DNA of 64,000 nt from Gracilinanus agilis (lineage: Eukaryota), in the NCBI RefSeq assembly GCF_016433145.1, contig NC_058134.1, positions 47,849,135 to 47,913,134 of the forward strand, given 5' to 3'. Positions 1 to 13,234 of this stretch are shown piece by piece. Each line of letters starts with the position of its first letter. The first letter of the stretch is position 1. The position numbers and the translations under genes are program-made. The notes beneath the pieces are model-generated. The model saw only the letters and a list, made by a program, of their open reading frames with translations, was not told where the DNA came from and made no database searches.

Positions 1-72
1 ACACTTTTCTAGTTTTTCTGGGGATAAAAATTAAAAAAACAAGCAAAACAATAATTGTCTCTGCCCTCAAGC

Positions 73-99
73 TATATATATATATATATATATATATAT
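73..99. repeat. (TA)n microsatellite
   Basis: About 13 TA units; others near 24258 and 50000. Confidence 0.95.
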
Positions 100-1401
100 G
101 CTACATCTTTCTCAGGATAGGGTGAAATACTTTACTACCTATGTGATATGATTTTTTTAAAAACTCTTACCTTCCATCTTGGAATTGTAGATTTTAAAAT
201 TAATATTCACTCCAAAGTATAATATTTATTAAAATGTATTAATATTTAACTAGAGAGCTAGAGAGAAATAGGAAGGACTTACCCAAGCTCCTCATGTGGA
301 AAAAGAGCTGGAGAGAGGCATTACCCAAAACTTAAATACAAAAACATAAAGGACACAGGTAAAGAAACAGGGAAAAAAGGAACCTTGAAAGGAGGGAAGA
401 ATTTGGGGAGATGAAGTCCAAAGGACGTAAAATTTCCACTTATACAGAATAAATACTGTGTATTGATTCCAAGGCAGAAGAGTGGTAAGGGCTGGGCAAT
501 AGAATTTAAGTGATTGGCCCAGGATCACACAGCTAAGTTTCTGAGGTCAGGTTTGAACCATCTCAATCCAATGAGCCACATAACTGCCCCTGTGATATGA
601 TTTTTAAAGGTATCAAGTAAATAACAACTTTGCTATCTCCTTACATTCTTTCTTGGTTCGCCTCCAAGTGATCTAATTGCTCCTTCTATAGCTCTTTCAC
701 TAACTCTTTATCTTCTGTATCTCTATGAGTATTTTATCACTGCTGCTAATCAAAGAAAGAGATCATGGAAGTAAATAGGTCATTTTAAAACTGGTTACTT
801 AGACTGGAATTTGGATTTCTGGACTAGAATATAAGTGAGACAGCTCCTGGACATGGATTGGGGAAGTGGAAGAGAAGGGAATAAACATTTATAAAGAACC
901 TATTCTGTGCCAGACACTGTGCTAAGGGCTTTCCAAATATTATATCATTTGATCCTCATAACCATCCTGGGAGGTAGGTGTTATTATTATCCCCATATTT
1001 TATATCTGAGGAAACTGAGGCAAACGGAGGTTAGGTAACTTGCCCAGGTTCATCAGGTAGTAAGTACCTGAGGAAAGATTTTAACTCAAGTATTCCCAAC
1101 TCAAGGCCCAGCACTCTATTCATTATGTCACCTAGCTGCCACCTGCCCAAAAAGGAATGGTAGAATTAGATCAATTTGAAGTCTTGAAAATCTAATCAAC
1201 TGTCCTCAAACTAAAAAGGGAAAGGAAAAGAGAAAAAACACGTACATATATGCATCAAGCTAGACATGAGAGAGTGTTCTAAAATATAAAATAAGGAATA
1301 GTGTAGAAATTCTCAAAAGTTCATAGGAAACAAAATTTGGTAAAGGAATTAGCAATAAAAGTCAGGTCCTCAAAGGTATATATTTATATATATAGAAAAG
1401 T

Positions 1402-1740
1402 GAACTAGAAATCCTAATTCAAGGAAGCAAAATTGGTATAATAGATATGACTGAAACATGGAAGAAAGAAGCCCAAGATAATGCAAGCTCCTTGAGGGCA
1501 AGGATTGCTTTGTTTTTATCTTTGTTTCTAGTACGCAACATGTCTTGCGTACTAGACAGTGCCTCACATGTCTTGGCCCAAATCTCTTTTTTCATTACTA
1601 TAATTTAATCTCAGCAAGGAAATTCCCTTTACAAATTTTTCTTGAGATGAATATGACTCTGGAGAGTGTACCATATTTTTTTCAAAGTACAGGTATAAGA
1701 GAAGGGGATAATGTGATAGTGTTCATTAAGAAGATAAACT
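1402..1740 (+). mobile_element. Ancient CR1/L3 LINE endonuclease fragments, interrupted by an L2/MIR piece
   Basis: 1402-1461 reads ELEILIQGSKIGIIDMTETW, like the CR1 APE-domain motif ELE...DIIGITETW. A weaker GGGVALYIK-like continuation lies near 1680-1740. Confidence 0.55.
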
Positions 1741-3849
1741 CATGAAGCAGGTAGGTGGCTCAGTGGATTAAAAAACCAGGCCAAGAGAAGGGAGGTATTG
1801 GGTTCAAATCTGCTCTCAGATACTTTATTTACATTGTTATAATTATCTGTGATGATGGTTTATTTCCCTACTAGACTGTTAGGTCCATAAGCATAGGGGT
1901 CTGTCTTGTTTAAACATATCTCTCCCAAGGTATATAGTACATGCAGTACATAGTGTATACTGTCTATACTGCTTAATAAGCACTTGTTGAATTTGAAGCC
2001 CTGGAAAGGGCCTCCAGCCTTGACGTCTGTTCCACTCTCAGGGTATGACACTGACACAGGATGACAACCTCCCCAGAAAATGGAATAATATTGTAAAAGC
2101 TGGAGGGTGACCTTTTGGGAAATATGTGCTTTGCTAAATGGCTGCTCTTTTTTTTTTCCAAGTGTCATGGTGATTGTAGCTTATTTTCCAATTTAACCAC
2201 TGTGCCCAGGGGCCCTCTTTTCCCTGTATGTGGGCTATGTGTGATGCATTCTACCTATGTGACTCCTGTGCAGACACTTTCTAAAATTAAAAAAACCTTC
2301 CTAGGCGGTGTGAGCTGTCCATTCCTCCAGTGCTGAAAAATAGCCCTCAGTCATGAGGCTCCAAAGAAGACCAGAGTGAACCTAGGGAAGCATAAGATGT
2401 TAAGCCTATAAGAAATCTAATCTAGTCTCCATTCTAGTTCCTTTATGTTTCATTTTCCTGTTTCCAACACAATAACTAGAGTACAGGGAAAATGCTTCTA
2501 ATACCTCTGGCATTGTTGGTCTCCATCTTCAGCTAAAATGAGCCTTATTGAAAAAGCCATGTTTTGATAAGAATCTAACCTAATGGAGGGAGGAATCTAT
2601 CTCAGCCTTAAATAATCTCATGAAAACTAAGTGAATTAACTATTCTAAAAGTACAAATTAACAGGAAAGAGAACCCAGGTGCTTCTGGAGGAACATAAGG
2701 CTGTGTCCTATGTCTCTGAATGAGATCCTTCTTCTGTATCTATTTCTCATCCTCTCCCTAATGCTTGAGTCTCATCTTTCCACCTCCCTTATACAGTAAG
2801 ATGGAGAGGAATGAATGAATGCTTCACTGACTTATTCTTATCCCTAATAAATTAATGTCTAATCACCTGTTTCAGTAATATTTTCCCCTATCCTTTTCAG
2901 ATTGAACAAGTATTCTCTTTAACAGAAAAAATAGAATAAAAATTAGTTGATTAGCCATACCTTCTCTCAAGTATCAGCTATCAGGAAATCAAATCCTTCA
3001 ACTTAGTAGGGTCACTCCAAGCATCAACTAAATTAGCAACAAGCAGTAAGCAGGAAAGAAATAGAGTTGGGTTTGGAAGGAGAACTAAAAAGCTAGGCCA
3101 AGTTGATACCAATACTCACACCCAAACAAGAACTGAGGGGGAAAAAAGAAACCAGTTGGAAGAGCTGAGATTCAGAAGTAGGAAGACAACATCAAAGAAG
3201 GATGTTGAGATGCATGGAACTAATATTTCATCTGGCTCACCCTGTAACCTATTGTTTCAAACATGTTATTGAAGTTGCATGCAATCTCTGACCCTGAAAG
3301 GAGCCTGCCCAGCCTCCTCCTAATTCAGCCATCCTTCTTAGGCTTCCAACTCACAAATCTAAAGCCTTCTAAATCTAAAACTTTCATATATGTATTGCTT
3401 TCTCTCATCCATCTTCTAACAGATTAAAACATTCAAAGAATGTTGTTTCCTGAGGCTTCTTGCTTTAACTCTGGCCTCCAGGATGGGTGTACTACAGCCA
3501 AGGTGCTGAATAAGTTTAAAAAAAATCAATACCCCAGCATCAGAGACTCCAATTTCCCCTTAGCAGACTCCTCTCTAAGCCTTCCTCGCTAACCTCACCA
3601 AATAATGTGCTAGTGCTTATCCCAGGCACATTCCTTCTTAAATGAGTGCCTGGGGATGAGCACAGAAAAGAATAAAAATTTATCTGTTTGAAGGGCCAAC
3701 TCCCTTTTCCTCTTCTGAGATGAATAGAATCTGTTCTATCAATTTATAGGTCCCCAGAAGGAAGAGGAGAAAGTCAGTGATCGCCGGTTCACAAAATCAT
3801 ATAACCCTAAAAAATCAAGACAATATTAAAATAAAAAAATGTCACCTAC

Positions 3850-4150
3850 AATTCTGAAGGATTTATGACAAAGAATGCTATCCACTTCCAGAGAAAGAAC
3901 TGTTGGAGTTGGAATGCAGATCAAAGCATACCATATCTCAGTTTAATTTATTTGGGTTTTAATTTTGGTGTTTTGGTTTTATATGAGTATTCTCTTACAA
4001 CAGTGATCAATATGAAAGTAAATTTAGATCAAATGGCTTACCATCTCTGAAAGGAGGGAGGAAAGAGAAGGAAGAAGGCAATTGGGATCTTATAATTTCA
4101 TAAAATGTATGTGAAAATAGTTATTACATGTAATTTGGAAACTAAATTTT
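3850..4150 (+). mobile_element. Old marsupial L1 3' end fragment
   Basis: aagaatgctatccacttccagagaaagaactg motif followed by a purine-rich tail, typical of marsupial L1 3' UTRs (recognised from memory). Confidence 0.55.
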
Positions 4151-4779
4151 TTTCAATATCACCTATAGCCCTGGGCCTGGGATTCATTAAGTTCCAGGTA
4201 TACAAATACAATACATGTCAATTCAGTCCAACAAGGATTTATTAAGCACCTACCATATATGAGGCACTGAGCTAGGTGGTAGGGTTACAAAGGCAAAAAT
4301 GAAATGATCACTTTCCTAAAGGAGGCTATGTTATTCACCTGGAAATAATCACCATCATATAGCACTTTAAGAGTCACAAAGTACTTTATATGTGTTATCA
4401 CATTTAATCCCTACAACATCTCTGCGAAGTAGGTAATATTATCTTCCTTTTACAGATAAAGAAACTGAGGCACAGAAAGGATAAGTAAATTGTCCAAGGT
4501 CACACAGCTATCTGAAAGGGGTAAATAAATATATGAAGGATCAAAGAGACCATCATGAGCTGGTAAAGGTGTGTTTGCTTTCATACCTGTCAACAAAAGT
4601 AAGACTGGTACACCTTGGAAACAAAGGCCCCAAATAGTCATCAGGATTACTAGGTTCTGTCTTAACTTGATTAAATGCCAACTAACTGTAAAATCTTGAT
4701 GAAGTCAAGAACAAATAGATGTCCTATTATTTGCTAGAGAGCCTTGGAGAGAGTTAGATTTGGAATGGATTGTATCGTT

Positions 4780-5012
4780 CAGTTGTTTCAGCTGTATCCA
4801 ACTCTTTATGACCTCATAAAGAGTTTTCTTGGAAAAGATACCAGAGTGGTTTGCCATTTCCTTCTCCAGATCATTTTACAGATGAGGAAACTGAGGCAAG
4901 CAAAGTTAAGTGACTTGCCCAGGGTTACACAATTAGTAAGTGTCTGAGGCTGGATTTGAACTTATGGAGATGACTCTTCCTGAATTCAGGCCCAGCATTC
5001 TATCCACTATAC
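4780..5012 (-). mobile_element. MAR1-like CORE-SINE with RTE-derived tail
   Basis: gagtggtttgccatttccttctccagatcattttacagatgaggaaactgaggc pattern; paralogous to 57636-57889 and 29560-29770. Confidence 0.75.
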
Positions 5013-5950
5013 CAAAAGGAAGTTTAGGTCCAAGTCAAATTTAGTTCAGAACCCCAAGTGCTAAGATGACATAAAGGTGATTGAGAATGCATAAGGTATT
5101 TCATATTTAAGATACCCAGGCACCGCTCTAGTCTGGGACACTCAAAGCGAGTTACAGAGCAGCTATTTCTGGTGTCAATTATTAGGTATCAGCCCTGGAG
5201 AATGGTCACACTAGATGACGGCTCTATCAATGAAAGCCTATATATCAGAAGCTCTTCCATTTTCCCGCCTGATCCTACAGCCAGTATTCATCCCATGACC
5301 AGACTATTGCATTAACAGCCAAATGGGCAATCACAAAGACCAGATACCTGGATGAAAGGAACTATCCAACAGACCCAAGGTATCACCATACTGGGAGAAT
5401 TCATAAAGCATCCAACAACTTCCCTAAGTGAATTGGAAGGGTGTCCTTAAAGGGGCAAGTCATCCTAGCAAATAGGCTGAGTGTTCCAAACCCACATCGG
5501 ATAGTCATCTAAAAAGCCTTGCTATTCTGGACACCTCTGCCTGAACTGCATGAAAGCCGTGGTGGCCCATGATAGATAACCCCCTACAACGTCTGCTGTC
5601 TAGAGCCCTGCTTCATGTTTAAATAATGCCCTGTAACCTAAGGCAGGCCAGAGCTTGGCACCAAGGAAACAGGAGCAGAAAAGTGTGCAGACTGGATTGA
5701 TCGACACTCAGCATGTGTTTTCTCATTCTCTTTCTCCCACTCCCTTCCTCTTTCTTCCCAGTCTCCTGCCTTTGGCTCCTTTTCCCCAACTACATCCTGG
5801 GAAAGCTTTGAAGAAATTGACCAGTGCCAAAAAACATCCCAATACAGCAATGTGAAAGAAAGCAGGACAATGATGGTCATTAAGGTTTGCCACGGTGTGT
5901 GCTAAGGACCAAGACGACTCCAGAAGAAACAAATAAAAGATCTACTGATC

Positions 5951-5996
5951 ATGACACAGAAAAAGAAAAGCCAATTACAGGTCCTTGTGGAAGAAG
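5951..5996 (+). CDS. TMC2: Probable first coding exon (MTQKKKSQLQVLVEE+G; 46 nt, phase 1)
   Basis: ATG in ctactgatcATG context and donor AAG|GTGGGT. The peptide ends ...QLQVLVEE, resembling the mammalian TMC2 exon-1 end as I recall it (mouse QLKSLDEEG). Phase 1 matches the next exon. Short and divergent, so less certain. Confidence 0.62.
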
Positions 5997-6734
5997 GTGG
6001 GTTATGGACTTTGGGATTGTTGGGGGCATTCTCTTTCAATAACTCTTATTTGGGGTTTGAGGAGGCTATTTGTTATTTACTGGGAAGAGCAGCCTTTTTG
6101 AAATTGCTTTTTAGGTGTGAAATCTTACTTAGGACTTTTAATGGACTTTCAGAAATGTCCAGACTCTCTGAAGAGTAGGGAGATTTGAGTTTTCATTGGA
6201 GAAAAAAAGCCTCCCTTCCAGATACAGGTGATTTATAGGAGCCTGAAAGATTCTGAATATAGAAATGAAGGGAAATATCCCAAAGGCAAGTTCCCTCATC
6301 CCATATTCCTTTGTTATCTTACAGTGAATATCGCTGTGGATGGGCCTATGAAGAACTCACCCAGTGGAGGTAAAGGGAGAACTTGCATGTCTTGGGAAAT
6401 ATACTTATGTAAAAATTGCTTTCCTAGCTTGTGTATACATTGGTGAACATTGATGGGATTGCTTACAGTGATTAAAGTGCCAAAATCCTTTCTTATGTGC
6501 TTGTCTCCAAGTTCCTTTTAGGCTGGGGATAGGTACTTGTGAAAGGCAAGATGATAGATGGAGTAGTGAATTTGGAGTCAAGAAACCCTAAATTCAAATC
6601 CTGCCTCCATTATTTATCTGCCATACAATCTTGAGATGTTTAATCTCTCTGGGCCTTAGTTTCCTGTAGGGATTTGGTTTGATGACCTCAAAGATTCCTT
6701 TCAGCTCCAAATCCATATTTTTGGTTGATATTGA

Positions 6735-7438
6735 TTTTTATTTTTTTGTTTTTTAATCTGAAAATTTAATTAATTAATTTAGAGTATTTTTCCATGGTTA
6801 CATGATTCATGTTCTTTCCCTCCCCTTCTCCCACCTCCCTCCCATAGCCAATGAGCAATTCCACTGGGTTTTACATGTATCATTGATCAAGACCTATTTC
6901 CATATTATTAATATTTGCATTAGGGTGATCACTTAGAGTCTACATCTCCAATCATCCTCATTATCCCATGTGATCAAGCAGTTGGTTTTTCTGTGTTTTT
7001 ACTCCCACAGTTCTTTCTCTGGTTGCAGATAGCATTCTTTCTCATAAGTCCCTCAGAATTGTCCTGGATCCTTGCATTGCTGCTAGTAGAGAAGACCATT
7101 ACGTTCGATTGTACCATAGTGTATCCGTCTCTGTGTACAATGTTCTCCTGGTTCTGCTCCTTTCACTCTGCATCAATTCCTGCAGGTCGTGCCAGTTCAT
7201 TATTCCTTTTAGCACAATAGTATTCCAAAACCAATGGATTTGTTTAGCCATTCCCCAATCGAAGGGCATCCCCTCATTTTCCAATTTTTTGGCACCACAA
7301 AAAGCGCGGCTATAAATATTTTTGCACAAGTCTTTTTCCTTATGATCTCTTTGGGGTATAAACCCAGCAGTGGTATGACTGGATCAAAAGGCAGGTAGTC
7401 TTTTAAAGCCCTTTGAGCATAATTCCAAATTGCCATCC
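6735..7438 (-). mobile_element. 5'-truncated young L1 (ORF2 C-terminus plus 3' UTR)
   Basis: ORF 7209..7652 contains WNYAQRALKDYLPFDPVIPLLGLYPKE...IFIAALFVVPKNWKMRGCPSIGEWLNK, the L1 ORF2 C-terminus. A T-rich tail lies at the left end. Confidence 0.93.
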
Positions 7439-8384
7439 AGGATGGTAGCTCCAAATCCTTTGATCTTAGAAACTGAATTTCTGTTTTAGGTACCAGAAGA
7501 CCTAGTAGTGTGACCTTGGGCAACTTATTTAAATGTCTCTGTCTCTCAGTTTCCTCATCTATAAAATGATGAAATCCAATCAGATGATCTCTGAAGTCCT
7601 TTACATCTCTGATATTTCTAAAAAATCTATATAAGATCATAATAATTAACATGTATATTGCATTTAAAAGTTTGTAAAATATTTTACATATGCCATCTCA
7701 TTTGAGTCTCATAATAGATCTTTGACATAGTTCCTACTATGATCACAATTTTTACATGTGAAAAACTGAGTTTAAGAGATCTGAAATGATTTGCCCAGTC
7801 ACATAGCTGCTGTCAGGGACAAGATTTGAACTTTCTGATATCTGGGACTTCTTATATCATCCAGTACTCTCTCTGCTATGACAAACTATCTTTCAAATAG
7901 AAATACGTTCCTGGCAGGTAAAATTACTCTTGCCCAAAAGGAACTAATTCCTAACACCAGGATGGTGAGATTCACAACCTAGATTTGACATTTTGATGGA
8001 GTTTTATGGAATTTTTAGATTGACTTCCTAATCACAAGGCTATTAGCCATAAGCGTTCCTTTCATTTAGCCCAAAATAGCAAATACTAAAAATTCAGGAG
8101 GGGAAATAGTGGTTGAATTCAAATATTTGTCAAGTTATAGGGGAAAGATGATTGAACCCACTCTGTTTGATCCCAGAAGGCAGGACTGGGGACTAAGCTG
8201 TGGATCAGTTACTAATCTGCTTTGGTAGAAGGATTTTCTTCATGGGGTGCTCCCTACAACACCAAGGAAATCATAGGACTAGAACCCTGCCAAAATCTAC
8301 AAGAAACAAAATTCCAAAACTGCCCTGACCCATAATAGGTGCTTAATAAATGTTTGTTGGCTTGATTTGCCTAGTTGCAAAGAA

Positions 8385-8520
8385 ATGTAGATTCAGTATA
8401 AGAAAAAACTTCCCAACAAAAAAAGTTACTCAAAAGATAAATGAACTAATTTAGGAAGTAGCACAAAGTCTTCAAACAGAGGTTAAATGATATCTTGTCA
8501 GAGAAGTTGCAAAAGGAAGT
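8385..8520 (+). mobile_element. CR1/L3 3' end fragment
   Basis: tataagaaaaaacttcccaac...tcttcaaacagaggttaaatgatatcttgtcag resembles the L3 3' end. Similar pieces occur near 24150, 24950, 28560 and 48570. Confidence 0.55.
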
Positions 8521-10227
8521 TGTATTAAGGTAGAGGGTTGCAGATTCATAGCTTTAGCCCTGGAAGGAACCTCAGAAGTAATTTAATCCAACTGCACATA
8601 CATACATTACAGATGAGGAAACTAAGGTCCATGTAAATTAACTAATTTGCCCAAGATCATATAAGTAAGTAAACATTAGAGGTAAAATCTGAATCCAAGT
8701 CCTTGACTCCAGAGACAAAGTTCTTTCCATAGTATCTTACCATTTCTGAGATTCCTGCCAACTTTAGGTTCCTCAAAAAATCATTAATGCAACGTAAATC
8801 ACTGGTAAGAATATTCTATCTGTCCCTTAACCAATGAATATTATCAGTGCAATGGAAAATTTGATAGTGAGCTAAAGAATCTGAATTTTAGAGTTAGTAA
8901 GAATCTTTGAGATCTCTGGGCACTTTAAACTGAATTCAGTTGAATCTAGTCCAACACCTCCTTTTACTGATGAAAAAATGAAGCCTAGAGAAGTTGTGAG
9001 CTGCCAAAAGCCAACAAATTAGTTATAGAAAGACAGAATTCCTGGCTACTTGGTTGGTTCCCTTGCTGCCACATAAGACAAACAGTTGGTTTCAGAAGAA
9101 ACAGAGCCCACACAGTCCAACTCTTCTACCTTTTGGTGCTGAGACATATAACATGCTTAATTCTGTAATTTAATGTAGTATTTTAATAGAGGCAGCATGA
9201 GATAGTAGATAGAGGGTCAGCTTGGAAACCAAGAAGGTCTATGTTTAAGTCTCACCTCTGATACCCAGGACGACCTGGCCTGTATATGTCACTAGGCTCT
9301 CAGACAATTCTCTAAGACTACAAGTTGCCACTACATGGGTAATAGAGGGAATTAGTCATCTGGGAGTTCTCTATTCCAATGAAATCACAAGTTCAGTCCC
9401 TCTCCCAGACAGGACACTGAAGAGAAAGCATTTCTGTCTTCTCCATCTGTGTTACATCTGTGCCATGGACATAAGAAGAAGATAACTTATTCCCTCTTTC
9501 TGAAGCTGAAACTAAGGAGCAGAACGGGCCAGATTTATATCAATTTACTCCCTATTTGACTTGGAGCAATTCATTTAACCTCTGAATCTCAGGAAACAAC
9601 TCAAAAATGTATCTACTGAGTTGAAGACTTGGATCATAACCCGCTTAATATGCAAGGAGTCTCTATCCCCCACACTCACATAGCCTTGACAAATTTGAGT
9701 TATTTCAGTCCATTCTCATTATTATCCAAACTTCTGACTTTGCCCAGGTTTGTGATCATTGTAAACTATGTGCAACAAGGAGAAATCACCTAAATCCCCA
9801 GCTTTCAAGCCCCCAGCATGGCTTTGCAGCACCACAGATAGATGTATGGTTGGGAGTGGTGGTGGTCGTGGTAATGGTTGCTTTTGATCATTTTCATTTA
9901 ACTTCATATATTGAAATGATTGTGTACCCATGTTTGAAGACAAGTTTTCCACTTGTGTTCACCCACAGGAACTAGACCATGATTTAATATCTTCCCTGCC
10001 ATAGAATGATTGTCTTTGACATCTAATAAGAACCGACATCCTCAGAAACAAACAAACAAAAAAAGGTAATGCAGCATTATGGCTAGAAATGTGGCTCTGG
10101 CCATCCAGAAGACTTGGTTTTCAAGTCCTGCCTCTGACAAGTACTGCCTGTGTGATCCTGTTCAGTGTCTGAGACAACTCTTTGGGACTAAGTCACAGGA
10201 CAATGGAAAATCTGCTTGATTGATGGA

Positions 10228-10276
10228 TTTTTTTTAAAGATGAAGTCTCCCTATCTAGCCAGGGCTGGAAATACAG
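10228..10276 (-). mobile_element. Short 7SL-derived retrocopy or SINE fragment
   Basis: A T-run followed by agatgaagtctccctatctagccagggctggaaatacag resembles the reverse complement of the 7SL RNA 3' end. Confidence 0.45.
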
Positions 10277-11220
10277 AAAAGAAGACTGTGGAAAATGAGA
10301 TCAGTACTTGAGAGAAGAAGAAGGGAATCTAGCTGAGGTTTGGGGACTTAAGCCTGTTGAGGGAGGAAACTTCCAGAAAGAAAACTCCCTCTACTAATAT
10401 AGTGCAGCACTTGCTCTGTGACTTAAAATTGTCTTGGAGAGTTGTCTGGGGTCACTGAGAGATTAAGTGATTTATTTGCCCAAGATCAGACAGCCAATGG
10501 GAATCAAAGGCAAGACTTGAACTTTGAGTCCTAAGCTTCTTTCTATCCCTATCCCAAGCTGCCTCACCAGCTAAGATATGCAACATAAATTCATACTAAA
10601 TGAAGCCATCTCTATTTTTGTGATTTTTTTCCATCCATGCTCAGTAACCTTGGAAGAACAAAGAAAACTGAAGGAGTTTATTCTCTTATCAAGAGATGGG
10701 AATTTATAAGTCATTAAACTTCTGTGCTTCAGTTACATCACCTCTGAAAAGGAAATAATAATAGCACCTGTCTTCCAAGGTTGTTGTGAAGATAAGAGTT
10801 AAAATGGACAGGCCACCATTTTTTTTACTTCTTTAGTGGTAGGAGGAGAGGAAGAGAAGGAGATATTTGGCAACTTTAACAAACAAATAAATAAAAAATA
10901 ATATCCCTAAAGAAGGAGAAAAAAGTTGTTTTTTTTTTAAAGAAATGAAAGACAGGGCAGTCAGAAATTCTAGGAATTCTAGTGAAACATTTAACTGGCA
11001 TGGATACGATCAAGACTAAATAAGAGAAGAAATGAATTGTGCAGAAAATAAAGGTCATGACTATGCCACTGTACTCTACCCTGATTGTAAAGCATCTCAA
11101 GTATTGTGTTCATTTGGAAGTCACATTTTAGGAAAGACATTTAAAAAAATGAGCCATGCTCTAAAAAGGGTTGCCAGGATGAGGAAGGGAGTAGAAGTTA
11201 TGGCAGAGAAGCAAGGATAA

Positions 11221-11466
11221 GCTGGAACCAGCTTGTACCAGCTCACAAGAGCTGATTGTTAGTTAAACTTTTAGTTGGGAGAATTTACACCAGCAAATGC
11301 TACAAATCAAAGCTTGACTTATTGTTTTGTTGATTGTCTAGGCTTAAGAAAGTGATGGGGAAAGTGCTAATAATGCAGATAAAACTTAAAATGTACATTT
11401 GTACATATATGTGCATTTCCCTACTCCACCCCCAAGACCAGTTGTTAAACTTTTACCAATGTACTG
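11221..11466 (+). mobile_element. MER63-like non-autonomous hAT DNA transposon
   Basis: gctggaaccagcttgtaccagctc..., caaatgctacaaatca...ttattgttttgttgattgtctag...ttaagaaagtgatgg and ...gttgttaaacttttacca match blocks of the MER63 consensus as I recall it. Confidence 0.7.
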
Positions 11467-11608
11467 ATTTATAGAAGAAGGGGTTGAAGATACTATAGTG
11501 CTAACCCCAAAGAAGAGAAGATTTAGGATAAGACATTGTGGTCTTCAAATATGGAAAAAAAAGTCTCAAATGTGTTCAGTTTCAAAGGGCTAGTTAAGAG
11601 CAATGTGT

Positions 11609-11812
11609 AGGGGCAGTTAAGGTGATTCAGTGGATGGAGAATCAGGTCTGGAGTTGGGAGGTCCTATGTTCAAATCTGGCTTCAGATACTGCCTACCTGT
11701 GTGACCCTGAGCACATCACTTAACCCCCATTAACCAGCCTTTACCACTTTTTTGTCTTGGAACCAATACACAGCACTGATTTTAAGGCAGAAGGTAAAGG
11801 TTTACCCTCCAA
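11609..11812 (+). mobile_element. SINE1_Mdo-like SINE
   Basis: ggggcagt...tcagtggat...gggaggtcct..gttcaaatctg...ccttacc...ggaaccaatacacag...aaggtaaagg. Confidence 0.85.
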
Positions 11813-12389
11813 AAAAGAGCAATGTGAGTAAATAGCATAGATGATGAGAATCCTTGGTTTTCAGAACAGCACTTTTCATGACATCTATGCAAGGGAACAT
11901 GTGCCCTGGAATCCTTGCTGAGGAGCATGTGCCTTGCTAGAATGGCATATCAACTTCTGATTTGGTCCCCCGTCACAGGGGATTATTGTTGGGGGGATTT
12001 CCAAGCTACTTCATCTCTACTATGTCAACCTGAAAAAACACAGAACTACCAAAATAAGGATAAGGATATTTAATCGATGTAGGAAGATTAATATGAAAAG
12101 ATGGACAGAACCTCAGTTCTGGGACTTCCAATGAACTACACGATTCAATGTGCTTAGATAGATTTTTGGAGAGGGGGAAGGACACAGGCCCTGCCACCAT
12201 CTTGGAAAGGAAGCATTAGTCTCAATCTAAGATGGCTGGGAAAAACCTAGATGCCATGGCCAGAGGCTAGAGTGATTGAACAAGTAATTATGATTTTGAT
12301 GGTCTTTAGCTGAGTTCTGGTTTAGGTGACTAAAAGAGATTTGAGGGGTTTTGTTCAGTCTAGGACAAGGATCTATTGAGAGGATTCTA

Positions 12390-12578
12390 TTTTTTTTTAA
12401 CCCTTACCTTCCATCTTAGAATCAATACTGTGTATTGGTTCTAAAGCAGAAGAGCTAAGCAGTGAGGGTTAAGGGATTTGCCCAGGGTCAGACAGCTAGG
12501 AAGCTAGAAATCTGAGGCCAGATTTGAACCTGTCTCTAGGCCTGGCTCTCAATCCACTGAGCCACCCAGCTGTCCCCT
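12390..12578 (-). mobile_element. SINE1_Mdo-like SINE
   Basis: T tail, then aacccttaccttccatcttagaatcaatactgtgtattggttc...ccactgagccacccagctgtcccc. Confidence 0.88.
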
Positions 12579-13005
12579 ATCTAGAAGATTCTTGAAGATA
12601 GATTATCAGAGACGAGAGTCAAACTGGGAGTTACAGAAGACAGGGTTGTCAGCTACATCATAGGTTTGGCAAATAAATCAAGATGCAAGAGAGTTCATTT
12701 CACATTAATATATTAACTGGGTTTTGGTTCATTGACTACTGAAAGTTGGGGAGATGAATCCTCCCCCCAACTTTTAGTCACCAATTATCCTTGAGATACC
12801 TCCCAGTCAGTCAGGAATTGTAGTCATCTCTATGAGGTACAAGTCCCCAAACAAGGGAATCAGAGCTCATGTCCAGTTCCAGAAGTGGCTAAGACCTATA
12901 CATCAGCCACCTCTAACTAGAGGCAAGAAGAAGGCAAAAAGAATTTCTATAGTACCTACTGTGTACCAGGAACTGTGCTAATCCCTTTTTTTTAAAGATA
13001 TTATC

Positions 13006-13200
13006 AGGGGCAGTCGGGTAGCACAATATATAGAGCATCAAGCCTGGAGATGGGAGGTCCTGGGTTCAAATCTGACCTCAGACAGTACCTTGCTCTGTGA
13101 TCCTGGGTAAGTTACTTATCTCCAATTGCTTAGCCCTTACCATTCTTCTGCCTTGGAACAGATCCTTAGTATTGATTCTAAGACAGAGGGTAAGGGGTTT
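13006..13200 (+). mobile_element. SINE1_Mdo-like SINE
   Basis: ggggcagtcgggtagcac...gggaggtcctgggttcaaatctgacctcagac...ggtaagggg. Confidence 0.85.
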
Positions 13201-13234
13201 TTCTCATTTGATCCTCATGGCAACCATGTTTGTA

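Noticed and set aside
5870-5905. Short upstream ORF MMVIKVCHGVC* before the TMC2 ATG
   Set aside because: It matters only if the 5' UTR extends this far; the transcription start is unknown and short ORFs are common.
7209-7652. 147-aa ORF as a host gene
   Set aside because: A chimera of MIR sequence and the L1 ORF2 C-terminus. ORFs 18701..18970 and 59092..59391 are likewise L1 fragments.
11149-11220. ATG AGC CAT (MSH...), matching the first residues of human TMC2
   Set aside because: Similarity stops after three residues, there is no suitable donor, the frame ends in a stop at 11220, and the context looks repeat-derived. The 5951 exon fits better.
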